A stretch of 64,000 nt of DNA from Macrostomum lignano (taxonomy: Eukaryota). Position numbers and translations under genes: made by a program. Positions 13,358-39,849 of this stretch are shown piece after piece. Location: the NCBI GenBank assembly GCA_002269645.1, contig NIVC01001405.1, forward strand, positions 124,001 to 188,000, in the 5' to 3' direction. The first letter of the stretch is position 1; each line of letters starts with the position of its first letter. Under the pieces are notes generated by a model. That model made no database searches. It had not been told where the DNA came from and worked only from the letters and a program-made list of their open reading frames with translations.

Positions 13358-13363
13358 TTTATT
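13358..13363 (-). promoter_or_regulatory. Candidate polyadenylation signal (AATAAA) of PHTF
   Basis: TTTATT on the plus strand about 110 nt downstream of the stop at 13475. Confidence 0.5.
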
Positions 13364-13474
13364 TGTTTTAAATGAAAATAAATGCGACAAAATAAAATTC
13401 CACTGCGGCGGGGTGCAGCGCACAATGTGATGAGTCAGCCATTTATCCCGGGAGCACTTTGATGCGGTCCAGCA

Positions 13475-25968
<12,494 letters not shown>

Positions 25969-26800
25969 CTGTAAAAGAATTGTTGAATTGAAAACAGCTG
26001 ATGTCGAATGTGCAAAAAAATAAATTAATAATCATAAATATTGCTCTTCAACCCTAGCAAAACCATTTTTGAAATTGAGAAACGCTTAACAACAAAAACC
26101 TTGACTTTGTATTAGCCCTTGGTATATATTTGTGAAATATACACAAAACTGTGTACAATCAAGGATTACATCCTTAGTAAACAGCAGAGATTAGAGATAG
26201 TGACTGCTGGTTTGTACGCTCGTACAAAACAGCGGCCATGCATACAAGTGCATTAAAATTTTAATAATGCTACTAATAAATAGTAGATTATACCATTATC
26301 TTAGCGCATAGCAGGCAACAAAAAACTTTACTTCATACGCAATCAATTTTTCGCTTGGCGAATTCAAACCAAACTCAGGATGTTTTTTCATGCTAAAAAG
26401 ACAATCGAATTGCACTACTTACAAAGAAATGAGTAGTATAATTGAAAAATTAACTTAATTAATTAAAATTCGCATTAAAAAGCGCGTTAAAATGTCTAAA
26501 AAACATTTTGAAACCGTGCACATTTAAACTCCAAAAACTAGAAGCGTCTCAGGCCCAGTGGAATTTCAGGCCCAGTGGATTTGATAAAAAAATGTTTTTC
26601 AAATCGTCAAAATTTTCAGCTCCAATTTATTCCTTTTTCTTCAAGTACAGCTGCACGAAGTCTTTTTTCAGCTGTAATAAAAGATTTTGGGTATTCAGAA
26701 CGAGTTACGATCGTACATCAAGGATTTAAACTTAATAATTTATTGTCAGCATTAAAAAAACAACGCCGATATCTAGAGAAGAAAATAATCAGAAACTCAC

Positions 26801-28267
26801 CTTAAAATAGCTCTCAGCTGGTGTCCAGGGATCGCTGATGTCATCTGTGTTCAGTTGGATTAGAAACTTCTGCTGCATGCCGCCAGACTTGCGAATCAGA
26901 GCATAGCCAAAGCAGGGCCTGCGGGTTCGCATTTGGGATTCCGGTCTGGGATTTTGGGATTCTGGCCTGGGATTTTGGGATTCCGGTCTGGGATTTTGGG
27001 ATTCTGGCCTATGATTTTGGGATTCCGGTCTGGGATTTTGGGATTCTGGTCTGAAATTTTGGGATTCTGTCATGGGATATTAGGATTCTGTCATGGGATA
27101 TTGGGATTCTGGTTTAGGATACTGGGATTCTAGTTTAGGATATTAGTAGGATTTTGGTTAAGGATATTGGGATTCTGGTTTAGGATATTGAGATTCTAGT
27201 GTAGGATATTGAGATTCTGGTGTAGGATATTGGGATTATGGTTTAGGATATTGGGATTATGGTTTAGGATATTGAGATTCTGGTGTAGGATATTGAGATT
27301 CTGGTGTAGGATATTGGGATTATGGTTTAGGATATTGGGATTATGGTGTAGGATATTGGGATTATGGTTTTGATATTGAGATTCTGGTTTAGGATATTGG
27401 GATTATGGTTTAGGATATTGGGATTCTGGTTTAGTATATTGAGATTCTGGTGTAGGATATTGGGATTATGGTTTAGGATATTGGGATTATGGTGTACGAT
27501 ATTGAGATTCTGGTGTAGGATATTGGGATTATGGTTTAGGATATTGAGATTCTGGTGTAGGATATTGGGATTATGGTTTAGGATATTGGGATTATGGTTT
27601 AGGATATTGAGATTCTGGTTTAGGATATTGGGATTCTGGTTTAGGATATTGGGATTATGGTTTAGGATATTAGGATTCTGGTTTAGGATATTGGGATTCT
27701 GGTTTAGGATATTAGGATTCTGGTTTAGGATATTGGGATTCTGGTTAAGGATATTGGGATTCTGGTTTAGGATATTGGGATTCTGGTTTAGTATATTGAA
27801 ATTCTGGTGTAGGATATTGGGATTATGGTTTAGGATATTGGGATTCTGGTTTAGGATATTGAGATTCTGGTTTAGGATATTGGGATTATGGTTTAGGATA
27901 TTAGGATTCTGGTTTAGGATATTGGGATTATGGTTTAGGATATTGGGATTCTGGTTTAGGATATTGAGATTCTGGTGTAGGATATTGGGATTCTGGTTTA
28001 GGATATTGGGATTAAGTTAAGGGCTCTAAATATCTACAAGGCTTCTCCAAAAAAGCACAGTTGCGATCGAACTCAAAGCAGATATCATCGAATTAAGAAC
28101 ACCCGAGAAAAAGCGAGCTCACCCCTCGCCAGTCAAGTCGATGCAGACCTCATTCCCAGTTGGCTTGCTGGGATGCCGGTCGCTGACGATTCGATCCCTA
28201 CTGGACAGTCCGGGCGTGATCGCCTTCACTATGATGAAGCCGGGGTGCTTGGCCAGCTCCAAAACAC
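26801..28267 (-). CDS. Two additional upstream exons (28267-28123, 26918-26801) that splice in frame onto PHTF; product not recognised
   Basis: Canonical sites (cacag|GT...GG|gtgagc; ccgcag|G...AAG|gtgagt); the phases chain 1-2-0 into exon 25968; the reading frame is open: GVLELAKHPGFIIVKAITPG...CIDLTGEGPCFGYALIRKSGGMQQKFLIQLNTDDISDPWTPAESYFK. A fallback start is the ATG at 26878. Confidence 0.7.
26935..28015. repeat. Two abutting 21-bp minisatellites (GGGATTTTGGGATTCTGGCCT-type, then GGATTCTGGTTTAGGATATTG-type) in intron 26919-28122
   Basis: Direct reading; 7-aa periodic spurious ORFs. Confidence 0.93.
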
Positions 28268-31184
28268 CTGTGTGACAAAGATGGCAGGATATATCAGTAA
28301 TGTCTGGCTAACAACAAATTCTCATTTACTTGCTTAATGACCAGGTGAGTAATAAACATCGACAGGATTTAAACATAATTGGTAGGAAATAAGTAATTGC
28401 AATAGCAAATTTAATGATTTGTTGATAAGTTGATAACTTTGTTGATAAGATGATTTGTCAATTATTTAACATAATTGAACCAAATGTTACACATTTCCAT
28501 AGTATGATCGTACCATTGCAATTTTAATATATGGAAGCCTTAGGCAGTTGCAGTTTTAATACTATATATACCAAGACCATTATGAAATGCATTACTAAGA
28601 TAGCAATGATATTAGGAGGTCCTAACATTATTCTACATAATATGTATACATGTACATGTAGTGAACAAATGGTTTAGCATAGATTCATTAGGGTCCCTAA
28701 GGATTATGCCACAATAACATAAATGGCAAACTACAAAAGTTCTAATGATAATAAAATAGACTAATATCTTAGATTGTTTTAAGTTCTTGAATTAAATAAA
28801 CTTCATAGCTTGTTGCTCTTAACAATGTTTTTAAGTCTGCATTTCATAATCCCTATTCACCTATTGCGCTATTTTTTTTGCCACTATACAATAGATGTCC
28901 TAGAAGTAGTATCGAGTAGGAACTAGGAAGCTAAATTTATTCAATGAAATTTCTTACTTTAGCATGTAGCTACTTCCTGCTTTAGACAGCATGAATTTGC
29001 TTGCATACCACTGAGAATATATATATACAAAATATAAATAATAGTTCTATGCTTACACAGAAGAAAGACATAATGGGGCTGTATAAAATGGAATTAGAAA
29101 GCAGCCACAGCAGCAGCAATAGCGTAATTTGTTTCAGACACTGAGGTTAATATTTACTAAGTAAAACAGACAATTTATGTACTCTGAAGCTTTGGCAACT
29201 CTGGCACTCTTGCAATTGCTATTGGGTAGATTATGTCTATAAGAATTGGACTATATACTACATATATGCTGTGTGTATATCAGTATATACACTTAGGCAT
29301 CAGACTCAATCATAATTCTATGCCAATGAAATTATGCTTTGATAATGCTAGTAGAAGTATAGGGTGCTTGCAGATTATGATAAGTTTGCTGAACTGCATA
29401 AAAAATTAAAGGATTATCTAAGTAAGAGTAAAAAATATATTATAAATAAATGCTTACATTGCTTAAACATATCAATTACTTTTGAGTCACCTTGCGCATT
29501 GTAGGTCTAATACACAACTTGTTATAACTTTTGTTTCATTTTCTTGTCAAAACTCTAATATCAAAATGTTAGATAGATTATGCTACTTATTATTTTGTGC
29601 TTTGCTAATAAAGTGTTTTATTATAATCAGCTTTATATATAAGTGGTACTACTTTTAGGATATCCGTTTTAAATATTAGAATTAAATGGTAATTATACTA
29701 TAGCACAAAAATACATTTTCACAAAAGCCCTCATATATCTGATATAAAAATTATATATTTAATATGTGCCAAATGATATTTGGTGCTTTGAAATGTGTTA
29801 ATCAAGGTCATTGCCAATCAATGGTAATTTTATTTCAATGATGTATAGAAAAACAAATATATAGTATTTAATTTTTAGGTTCTAAAAATTAGTAGCTTCA
29901 AAAAATGTTGGACCAAAATAATACCAATAGTATCAACTTTTGTGAACTAAATGATTTTGTATTTAAAATATTTCCAAAAATTACTTTAGTTAATATATTA
30001 TACAATAAGACTAGATATATTATACTTACATATCAAAAAATAATATATCTCATTTTAATATATATCCCAAAAATGTATGCTAATTTATCTTTCAGTACTT
30101 CTATACACATAGATTTAGAAAATTCTAGTACTGGCAGATAGGTAACAGGTAAGCATAGTTTATATTGTCTACCTTGGCTCTTTAGACTATAGTAAATTAA
30201 TGAATGCTACCAACCTAAGAAATTTTTTGGTATAGATAGGTTTATATTGATTTATTTATTGTTATTTGCATGCAAGAAAAGAGTATTTATTTGTATTTGG
30301 CATATGCTTTGACATAATATACTTTTAAAAAATAATATGCCCCTTTTTAGTACATCTGTTTATTATATTGATTATTAATAACAAAAACATGTACAAGTAC
30401 TAGTTCTAATAAGACTAAGAGTCTATAAAATCTTAATCTTAAGCACCTAAACAAAAACAAAAACTATATTTTTTGTGATAAAAGCCTAGGTAAAAATTAA
30501 ACACAGATCATAGCTGAAGAAAAACATACTGATTTGACAAACTCTTTCTTCCATTGCAGTCTTCAACTTAGTGGCTTATACGTGTGGCTTTCATGTATTA
30601 ATAAAATAATAGCTGATACTGAAATTAATTAGGTCTATTTTGCATTCATTGACATAGGATATACCAGAAATTCAAGAATTGCAAAAAGAAGCAATGATTT
30701 TTCGTATCAAAGTATTATACTGCCTGTAAATAAAAATCAAGGGACTTAAATAGTAATATAATATAGCATTTGCTACCGCTCTAATAGAATGCAAAGTGCA
30801 CACTACTAAGTACTAATTATACTTAGGAGATTTAATCTAAGATGTACTTAGTACTCATACCCACAGTATCTGAACAGGTGCGTTCTAAGGAAGATACAAT
30901 TCAAAATTGCTATCAATCTAATACCAAACACAGTATAACTAAAACCGAGACATTAACTATACTTAGCGATACAAAAAAGCAAATACAACATTCCATTTAT
31001 TTTTTTGTTTCAGACATATGATTCTTTTTCTTTTAAAAATGCTTTAGGTACAATGCAATTAACAAGGAAATCAAATAAGAAATTTACGAGCTGAATTAAC
31101 CGACTGTATTTTTGCGACAATAACTCCAGCACAGAGCTCTAGATTTTGAAGCCCTTTATGTGTGTCCCATACGATTACATGTAC

Positions 31185-31215
31185 CTCGTATCAGTCGTTT
31201 ACTTTGAGAGTCCAT
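31185..31215 (-). CDS. Candidate first coding exon of the extended PHTF gene (MDSQSKRLIR-G)
   Basis: ATG plus 31 nt ending in a phase-1 donor G|GTACAT, which matches the phase-1 acceptor at 28267 and would give an 807-aa protein. Weak, because the donor overlaps a TACATGTA motif that is common in this window. Confidence 0.25.
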
Positions 31216-32109
31216 CTCGTAGAGCTTTGAGATTGACTTTGCTTTAAACATATGCTCATAAATCTGATAGCTTAACGAATATATTTTATGATGAGCAAGC
31301 AAGGATAATAAACCTTTGAAAAAAAACAACTCTTCTACTCATATTAGCTTGAATTCCAGGAGTGCAACGATATTTGATATTAACAGAAAGCAAATATTTT
31401 TTCTAGTGCCTTAAATTTGTAGCTTTAATATTGTCAATTTATTGATTAAAAAATCTGATGCACCATAGGTGCAGTAAAAAATTAACTGAAAGGTATAATT
31501 TCATAGTGCATGCTTGACAAAAAAAGAAATAAAAAATCAAATGCGAATACTAAATCCGATTTGTCCCGACACGACAAGCGATAACGAGCAAAACAAACGC
31601 AATAAAAGTAATTGGAAAAATGAAATAATTTGAGTGAATAAAACTTTGACTAGCTCAGACACCGCGCTTATTAATGCAGAAATTAATCACAGGCCCTTAA
31701 TACAGTGCGTGATGAATTTTTAACTCAATAAAGTACAACACGGTACAAAGAGATTGATTTAAAAGCACAAAATAATTCGCTCATGCAATCGGACTGCACA
31801 CACACAGTGCTAATAGTATAATGATCTGGATAGAAATAAACGTAAAAAAAATAAAAAACTAAAGAATTTTAGCGGAAAGTTGCCATTTTTGTTTAAATCT
31901 TTCTAGTTGCTGCCTTGAGGATGCAAATTGTACGTGCAACACTTACTATCTAATATCCTGAGAATTACACTACAGTGGTTGACGATAATGCTGAAAATTT
32001 TTTAACACCAGTCAAAGCTAATACGCTTGTTGTTATTATTTAGTAACAAGAAAGAATAGTTTTTTTAAAGTTCATTCAAGCTAAGTCATTGGAGTTGAGG
32101 CAGAGCTGA

Positions 32110-32430
32110 ATCATGAATATGAAGTTCATTGTGCTGAATGTGAAGATCATTGAGCTGTATGTGAAGATCATTGAGCTGTATGTGAAGACCATTGTGCTGA
32201 ATATGAAGTTCATTGTGCTGAATGTGAAGTTCATTGTGCTGAATGTGAAGATCATTGTGCTGGATGTGAAGATCATTGTGCTGAATGTGAAGATCATTGT
32301 GCTGAATGTGAAGATCATTGTGCTGGATGTGAAGATCATTGTGCTGAATGTGAAGATCATTGTGCTGAATGTGAAGATCATTGTGCTGGATGTGAAGATC
32401 ATTGTGCTGGATGTGAAGATCATTGTGCTG
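32110..32430. repeat. 21-bp minisatellite (TGTGCTGAATGTGAAGATCAT)n just downstream of the Pur-alpha stop, probably 3' UTR
   Basis: Direct reading, about 15 copies. Confidence 0.92.
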
Positions 32431-32587
32431 ACTGTAAACGCGAATGGATTGACTGCAAAGAACATGGTATTGATGTGAAGATCAGGCTCACAGAACAAGG
32501 AGCGGGGGAGGGGAGGTCGCAATTGTACTAGTAAAACACAAACAGCTGTAAAGAGAACACTAAAGACGGCATCATCATCGTGCCGGT

Positions 32588-34792
32588 TCAGTTGTCCTGA
32601 TCGGATGAGGACTCGTCCTCGCTGCTGCCGCCGCCACTGACTTGTTCGTCATCCTCTTCCTCGGCGTCGGCCACCGCGACAGCGTCAACCGTGGCGGTGC
32701 CGCCACCGTTGCCAGCCACCTGGTCAATGTACTCCGCCAGGATGTCGCGCAACTGCTGCCACGACTTCTCCGGCAGGGTGACCGCGGTGCGGAAATTCTG
32801 GCGAACCTCCGACATGCGCAGGAAGGTGCCGCGCCGGTTGTAACCGACATCGAAGTAAAACATCTTGTTCTCCGCGCGGAGGGCCTTCGCCTCGGGCAGC
32901 TTGGCGACGCCCTCTGCTGGGACGGAAGGCATGGCATGGGTAATGAGCGGGGAATTAAGTAATAAGGAAGGTAGAAGTGACAGAGAGGAGAGGCTGCATG
33001 GGATTGAGGGGAGAAAGGGGAGAGGCTGCATGGGATTGAGGGGAGAAAGGGGAGGGTGTAGAGGACTGAGGGGAGAAAGGGGAGGGTGTAGGGGATTGAG
33101 GGGAGAAAGGGGAGAGGCTGCATGGGATTGAGGGGAGAAAGGGGAGAGTGTAGGGGACTGAGGGGAGAAGGGGGAGGGTGTAGGGGATTGAGGGGAGAAA
33201 GGGGAGGGTGTAGGGGATTGAGGGGAGAAAGGGGAGGGTGTACGGTGTAGGGGATTGAGGGGAGAAAGGGGAGGGTGTAGGGGATTGAGGGGAGAAAGGG
33301 GAGGGTGTACGGTGTAGGGGATTGAGGGGAGAAAGGGGAGGGTGGAGGGGAGAAAGGGAGAGAGGGTGCATGGTTTCAGCAGCAAAAGGAGTAGAAAAGC
33401 GGCAAAATGGGATTAATAAGAGAAATTGGAGGGGATAATTCCGGATGAAAGAATGAAGGGGAGAAAAAACAAAAAATGGAGACAAAATCAGATCTAAGTA
33501 TTGTTAACAAGGCGTCAGCCAACTGAGCCCTTTGACCTCTCTGATACGCAAATTTGAGGACTGGCGATAAAGAATTGTACATTTGGCCACACTTGAACAA
33601 AAAGCCACACAAGTACCAAGACAAACACTGACGTTCGCGGAGGTCAACTGACTCCCTTGACCCTCCCTGAAAAACAGAGAGACAACCAGCCGGGTTATTC
33701 AGCGACACTCACCAGCGGCATCGTCAGTGCCGCACTGGTTGATGAGGTCGGCCAGGAGGTCGGCCAGCTCACGGACGCCCTGCTCGGGCACGACCACCTG
33801 GCTGCGGACACCGGAAGGCGCCACCTGCTGGGCAATGCGGAGGTAGCGACCGCGCTGATTCTCCCTCAGGTCGAGGAAATAGCGCCGATTCTCGTGGGCC
33901 ATCGTCTCGGATTTGCTTTTGAAGTCGGCGGCGGCGTCCCCAGCGGCGGCGGCAGGCTGCGCGGACAGGTGCTTGGCGAGCAGGTTGAGCTTGTCTCTGA
34001 ACGGAGGATACGGGAATTGCCTCGTTATCAAACAATTATTATTGGAGTTTCACTTATGATCTGGTCTAAGGATTTTTGTAAAAAAAATTTTCCATACCCT
34101 CCAATCAGAGCTCCCAAATCCATGTCATCCAATCAGAGCCCCCGAATCCGTGCCCTTAATCAGAGCCCCCGAATCCTTGCCCTCCAATCAGAGCTCCCGA
34201 ATCCATGCCCTCCAATCAGAGCCCCCGAATCCGTGCCCTCCAATCAGAGCCCCTGAATCCGTGCCCTCCAATCAGAGCCCCCGAATCCGTGCCCTCCAAT
34301 CAGAGCCCTCGAATCCGTGCCCTCCAATCAGAGCCCCCGAATCCATACTCTCCAATCAGAGCCCCCGAATCCATACTCTCCAATCAGAGCCCCCGAATCC
34401 ATACTCTCCAATCAGAGCCCCCGAATCCATACTCTCCAATCAGAGTTCCCGAATCCGTGCCCTCCAATCAGAACTCCCGAATCCGTGCCCTCCAATCAGA
34501 GCTCCCGAACGCCTTCCAATTTTCTCAATCAGGTCAGACAAGATTCAGAAAATGATAAAACAAGTCCATAAAATCCAAGTCACCTGAACTGGGCAGTCGA
34601 GCTCATGCCCATCAGAATCCGGCTCTTTTGCCCACTGGCGCCGACCTCGGCTAATTTAAAGAATCGGCCGCGCCGGTTCTGCTTGACGTCCAGGTAAAAC
34701 CGTTTGGACTGAATCTGCAGCGTCCTCGATGCGATCTCCTTCTCATCGCCGTCCATAGCAGCATTGTTGTTGCCCCTGCTGTAGCAGCTCAT
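32588..34792 (-). CDS. PURA: Transcriptional activator Pur-alpha family protein, three PUR repeats, 3 exons, 272 aa
   Basis: Exons 34792-34584, 33996-33713, 32913-32588 (819 nt, phases match). PUR repeats [63 protein letters not shown]; acidic C-terminal tail. Confidence 0.95.
32985..33360. repeat. 30-bp purine-rich minisatellite (GGGGATTGAGGGGAGAAAGGGGAGGGTGTA)n in Pur-alpha intron 2
   Basis: Direct reading. Confidence 0.9.
34095..34510. repeat. 28-bp minisatellite (TCCAATCAGAGCCCCCGAATCCGTGCCC)n in Pur-alpha intron 1
   Basis: Direct reading, about 14 copies. Confidence 0.92.
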
Positions 34793-36601
34793 GGTTTTTC
34801 TACTATTGCTGATTAATTGGTGAGTTCAGTCAACAGGTCAGCTAGTTGGTGTCAGTAATCTGTCTAATGATTTTATAACAGAAATGTCAATGCAATTGCA
34901 ATGCAAATTCTCAATTATTTTAGTTGAGTTAGCAATTTATAACATTACAACACTATACATACAATGGTATATGCAGTTTGTTTTTAGTACCATAGAAAAA
35001 AACCTAGGTTTATCAGTGCTTTCAAGACTAAGAATAAAACTGTTTACTCTTAATTGTATCCAGTTCAATATTGGAATTTTGTGATATAAAATATACATAA
35101 ATTTAGAACTAAGGGTAGCATTTTTACTGATATATCAAGCTCAAGTCATAGTTATTCCTGCTGTTTAACCAAAATCATAATTTTTTTTCTATTACATTTC
35201 TTTTATAGGTAAGTTGCACCTTGCACAGCTGGTGTAAAACAAATACAACAAAAAGCAACTGTAAAAAAATGAAAAAGTTTACAAAAAACATATTTTTTGA
35301 CTATTAGTATTTTGTTTCGTATCCTTTTTATGTCAAAAACAGGACTGTGCATCAGTTCTACAGAATGAAACATTTTATTTGCTATACATTTGGCCAAGGA
35401 ATATATCAAAGCATGTGAGTGCCAGACAGTTTTTCATTTTTTGACATTTACTAATTTTCAATTACCTATTCTATGCATTTCAACCAGACCAGAGGTCAGT
35501 TTAGAAAGTGTGCAATGTACTTTTGACTTTGAAATTACTTTTATTTAAAAAGAAACATTATATATAAACAAAAAACAAAATGACCAATATACCAATGTAA
35601 AAACAAAAAAGTTACAAACAAAGAGTTTATTGTCTATATAAAGGTAAGAAACATATTTTAACTGCTTAAATATACAAGTTTTTACTTAAAATTTTAATTT
35701 TCAAAATGCATACATCTATTTTTTTATTAAAAAACATTAATTTTTATTTTTTTTAATTATTGTAGCTTTCATTTTGAATAACAATGTAATAATAAGTCTG
35801 ATTCACCTTTTTCTGATTTTCTAATAGATGCATCCTACTTATCTATTAGAAAAAGTTGTTAAGTTTGTTAATAGACAAAAGATGACATATAAAATCATTA
35901 AATATTATAAATATATACTAGGATTTTATATCTTATTATATTTGCTTTTGTATCATTTTTATTTGCCTAAACTACATTACTTTACTTTTCTTTTTGGCAT
36001 CTGTTAGTGGCTAGTATGCTAAATTGGTAAGTTTGCTAGTAATGATAAGCTACTAGGTGCTAACAGGTACCAAAAAGAAAAATACAGTAATATACATGTA
36101 GTTTAGACAAGTGTAAATGATACTATGATACTAAATGAATTGTAGCATTTAAATAAATAAATTAGCAAGCATTATTATACACAAATCATTTTTTGGCAGT
36201 TTAGAAAATTCACTAGCAAAAAATTCAATAAAAATTTAAATTCAGTTTCATTTTGCTTTGTTTTGTATTACTAGGTCCTACCATCCTATTGCTATTGCTC
36301 AGGCCTAAACATGGAATATAGCTACTATAAAGCAATAGTAGCCATAATTCTAGCCACATTAGTAGACATATAGTGGCCCTATTTGGTAAAACTTCAGTTG
36401 CTAGTTGGTTATCTAATTTTTGACTAGGCCTACCACTTGATACTGGTCCACTTTTTCAGTCATTCAATTTTTAGGCAATGTCTTAGTTTCCTGCATTAAA
36501 TTATTTTGACCTGATTTTTGTCATTTTCAACACAAATCATGGCTGAATGACCTCGAGCACCTGCAAATATTGTACCTCCTGCTAATTTGCAGCAATCAAC
36601 T

Positions 36602-38579
36602 GGTTCCTAGACACTTTGTCATCTTACCACTTTGTCATCCACTTTTATTTTTGGACACTTCATCATCTTACCACTTAGTCATTCACATTACTAATGTGGA
36701 CACTTTGTTATCTACTCCCTGGACACTTTGTCATCTACTTTTTGTATGAAAAACTTTGCTATATGTATAAGCAACTATATAACTTATACATGCAACTATA
36801 TAACTATATAAAGATAAAGATTAAACATTATACATGTATATGTATCTATATATAGTTGCCCTCCTCCTTTCACATTCTGGGCTTGGGACCAGACTGGCGG
36901 AGTCACGACCCATAAAGATAGTTGTTAAATACTGTAATTTGTAGCTACATGTAGGCACAAAAATCAAAAAGTTCACAAAGCACAAAGAGAATAGCATAAA
37001 GACCTATACATTTAAATTACTGCAGAATTAATTCGACCCTTTCATTCTAAATCTATCTAGATATCTAATATTTGTTTGTTTGTATGTCCATAATGCTTTA
37101 AAGCTTGCAATTCTTCACTGATTTTGATTGCGTTTTCGCCAAAAGATTCAAAATTGTCTGGAAAGGAGACAGTTAAAATCTCTTTAATCTGCTTTTAGTA
37201 TTGGGCTGTTTGCTGTTCTTTGCTAACTGGCTCTGGGCAAAAATGCAGATGTCTGCCATTTTCACTTATAGGAGCCTAAACTAGCTGTTTCTTACATGTA
37301 TTTGCATTTTATATATGATTTCATGTACCATTTTATAATAAAATTCTGGGTGGGAGTAGGCTGGCCACTTTAGTCATGAGGGGTAAAGTGACTATCTCTG
37401 CATCTGCACCCTTTTTGGATCTGCCACTGTGGTTAGTTGGTTGGAGAATTGGCATGTTGCACTTATAGACACAAATGCATATATAGCTTAAGCATATTTA
37501 GGGAGTGAAAACACTCTAGCTTAGACTGTATACATGTGAAGGGTTGGTTAAGTCCCTGCAGGTGGAGCAAGGAGAAATCTATGGCCATATACTTTGTTGC
37601 CTCTTCTCCATAGTGCAGAAGGATGGGTGTACGACGGAAATTTCCGTCGTACATTGAGGTTGGTTGTCGTACATGTCGTACATCGTTCATTTTTGCAAGG
37701 GCTCTTTGTCGTACATGTCGTACCGTCGTTGGCCACACTGTCACTGTCGTACATCTCTGACTAGAAAGCTATATGCATAGGCATTTAAAAATACAATTTC
37801 GTTTTCATAATTAAATTAAATTTATTCAAAGTTCTTTTTACGAGGCACAAATAAAATATAATCTTGGCATACTTAATAATAATTTTTTATTATGTGGCAC
37901 CAAATTTCACATTTTTATATTCAAGGCCACACAAATGTGCATCCGTTGTTTTAATCTTAACCTTGTTTATTTCTTTTTTGAAATGCGTATTTTTTGAAAT
38001 GGTTTCTGCATTGTAGTTTGTCATACAAAAAAAAAATTACTTAGTTCACTTGTGTCGTACTGTCGTACAGCAGGCTAAAACTGAAATTTGCCTTCCGCCG
38101 TACACAGAAATCCTTTTGCACCATGGCCTCTTCTAGGTTGTAGAAGTGACTGCCAATTTTAGGCTTTAGCAAGGAAGCAAAAATAATTATTAGAGCTTGG
38201 CAAGTTGTAACATAAAATAAAATTACAATGAGCACTAGTATCTACATGTATGTACTTGTACATTAAAATTATGCATATACAAACTGCGTATACATTGTGT
38301 ACATTGGATGCCAATTATAATGACAAGTTGAATCTCTAAGTGTGTAATTAATCCTATATTTTACAGACTAAATTAATTAAGTAACAATTTATAACAATAA
38401 CAATTGAATAACAATTTACTGCCTTGCTAAATCTTGGAATGACAAAGTGTCCTCAAAATTTGGTCACTTTATCATCTAGATTTACTAACAATTTTTTGAT
38501 ATGACAAAGTGTCCAAAAACCATGGTCACTTTGTCATCGAGATGACAAAGTGGTTAGATGATGAAGTGCCCAGGAGCCC
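36602..38579. mobile_element. About 2-kb non-autonomous TIR DNA element (MULE/Foldback-like) with subterminal ACACTTTGTCATC repeats
   Basis: Left end GGTTCCTAGACACTTTGTCATCTTACCACTTTGTCATC versus reverse complement of right end GGGCTCCTGGGCACTTCATCATCTAACCACTTTGTCATC; about 6 motif copies at each end; flanking direct repeat ATCAACTG at 36595-36602 and 38580-38587 (exact boundary uncertain by 1-2 nt). No transposase ORF. Confidence 0.65.
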
Positions 38580-39849
38580 ATCAACTGACCTCTATGACCT
38601 TGAGATTAGTCAACTGCGATCTGGTACTGTTGACAATTGATGCGAAGTTGACTATGTTTATGCATTGGCTGGCAACCTATCATCTAATAGCAAACTCATG
38701 GAACTATAGCCATTATCAGGAAACTCCAGCTATGCGGTTTCAATGTTGGAGTGGAGCTGACTATATAGACGGATATGCCTAGTCTTGTCCTATCTGTCAA
38801 ACGCAGAGTTCTATCCAAGGAAAGGGTAGCTTCTTTGAAAAAAGCCACCTGACATTGTGCCAGCTGGTTGACTTTGTGTATGGGTGGTTTGTGTACTGGT
38901 TTGTTTGTTCGTTTTAAATTTCGGGACAAAAAAGGCCCCCTAATTTAACGCGGGAAACTAGGAAATTGCCAATTTTGACAATTTTGAATGCAGTAGGCCT
39001 ACTATATGGCTATATAAGTCTGATGAAAGCTCGAGAGAAAGGTAAAGCAAGTGTGGAAAAAACTTGTACTTTATATTTTAATAGTATTTTTAATAACAGC
39101 TAATGTCCCAAAATGTGCTCTCATACCTCATACTCATACTTACATCCCCAGCGTAAGCTTATTTTGCCTTGGCAACGAGCCGACGAAAACTAATAATATA
39201 GCTAGAGAAATATAGAAACAGAGATAGACTTAAGCTACATCATTTTACCTCCAATTCTGAACAAGTCGAAATCCATTCAGCCTATCAGCAATTCAATTGA
39301 GAAACTCGAAAGACGATTGAGGACACAAGGCCTTAGGGAGAAGTTTTTGGAGCGGTTATTTTCAGGGTTTGAATCGTTGCTGAATTTCCGATCGTCCAGT
39401 CCAAGTCAGTTTAAACAAACAAACTGTGAAGAAAGCGCCGACTGCTGAGTTCCTGAGGCTCAGGGGGAGGGTAGCTATGGTCGTTGCTGAGCGGTCGAAG
39501 AGAATGCCGTGCTTCAGAATGCCGATTAAACAGGATTTGCTGGTGATACGCTAGGGAGAATTTGTAGAATATACAGACTAGTTGATTTACATATGCCATT
39601 AATGTATTCTTTTGTATTAAATATGATTGTTTGCCGGATGTCTAGACAACTCTTCTGTCTGTGGCACTTTGAAAGAGCAGTAAAGAGAATCAGTCAATCA
39701 TTTATGGTAATTGGAAAGGACAGTGAAGACGATTAGCCTGTCATAAATTAATTCTTTAGTGGATTTTGAGCTTTATTTCTAAATACATGTACCAATAGAA
39801 AAAGGAGCTATGATTCCTGGTGGAGAAATATATATGGGATCTCCACGGA

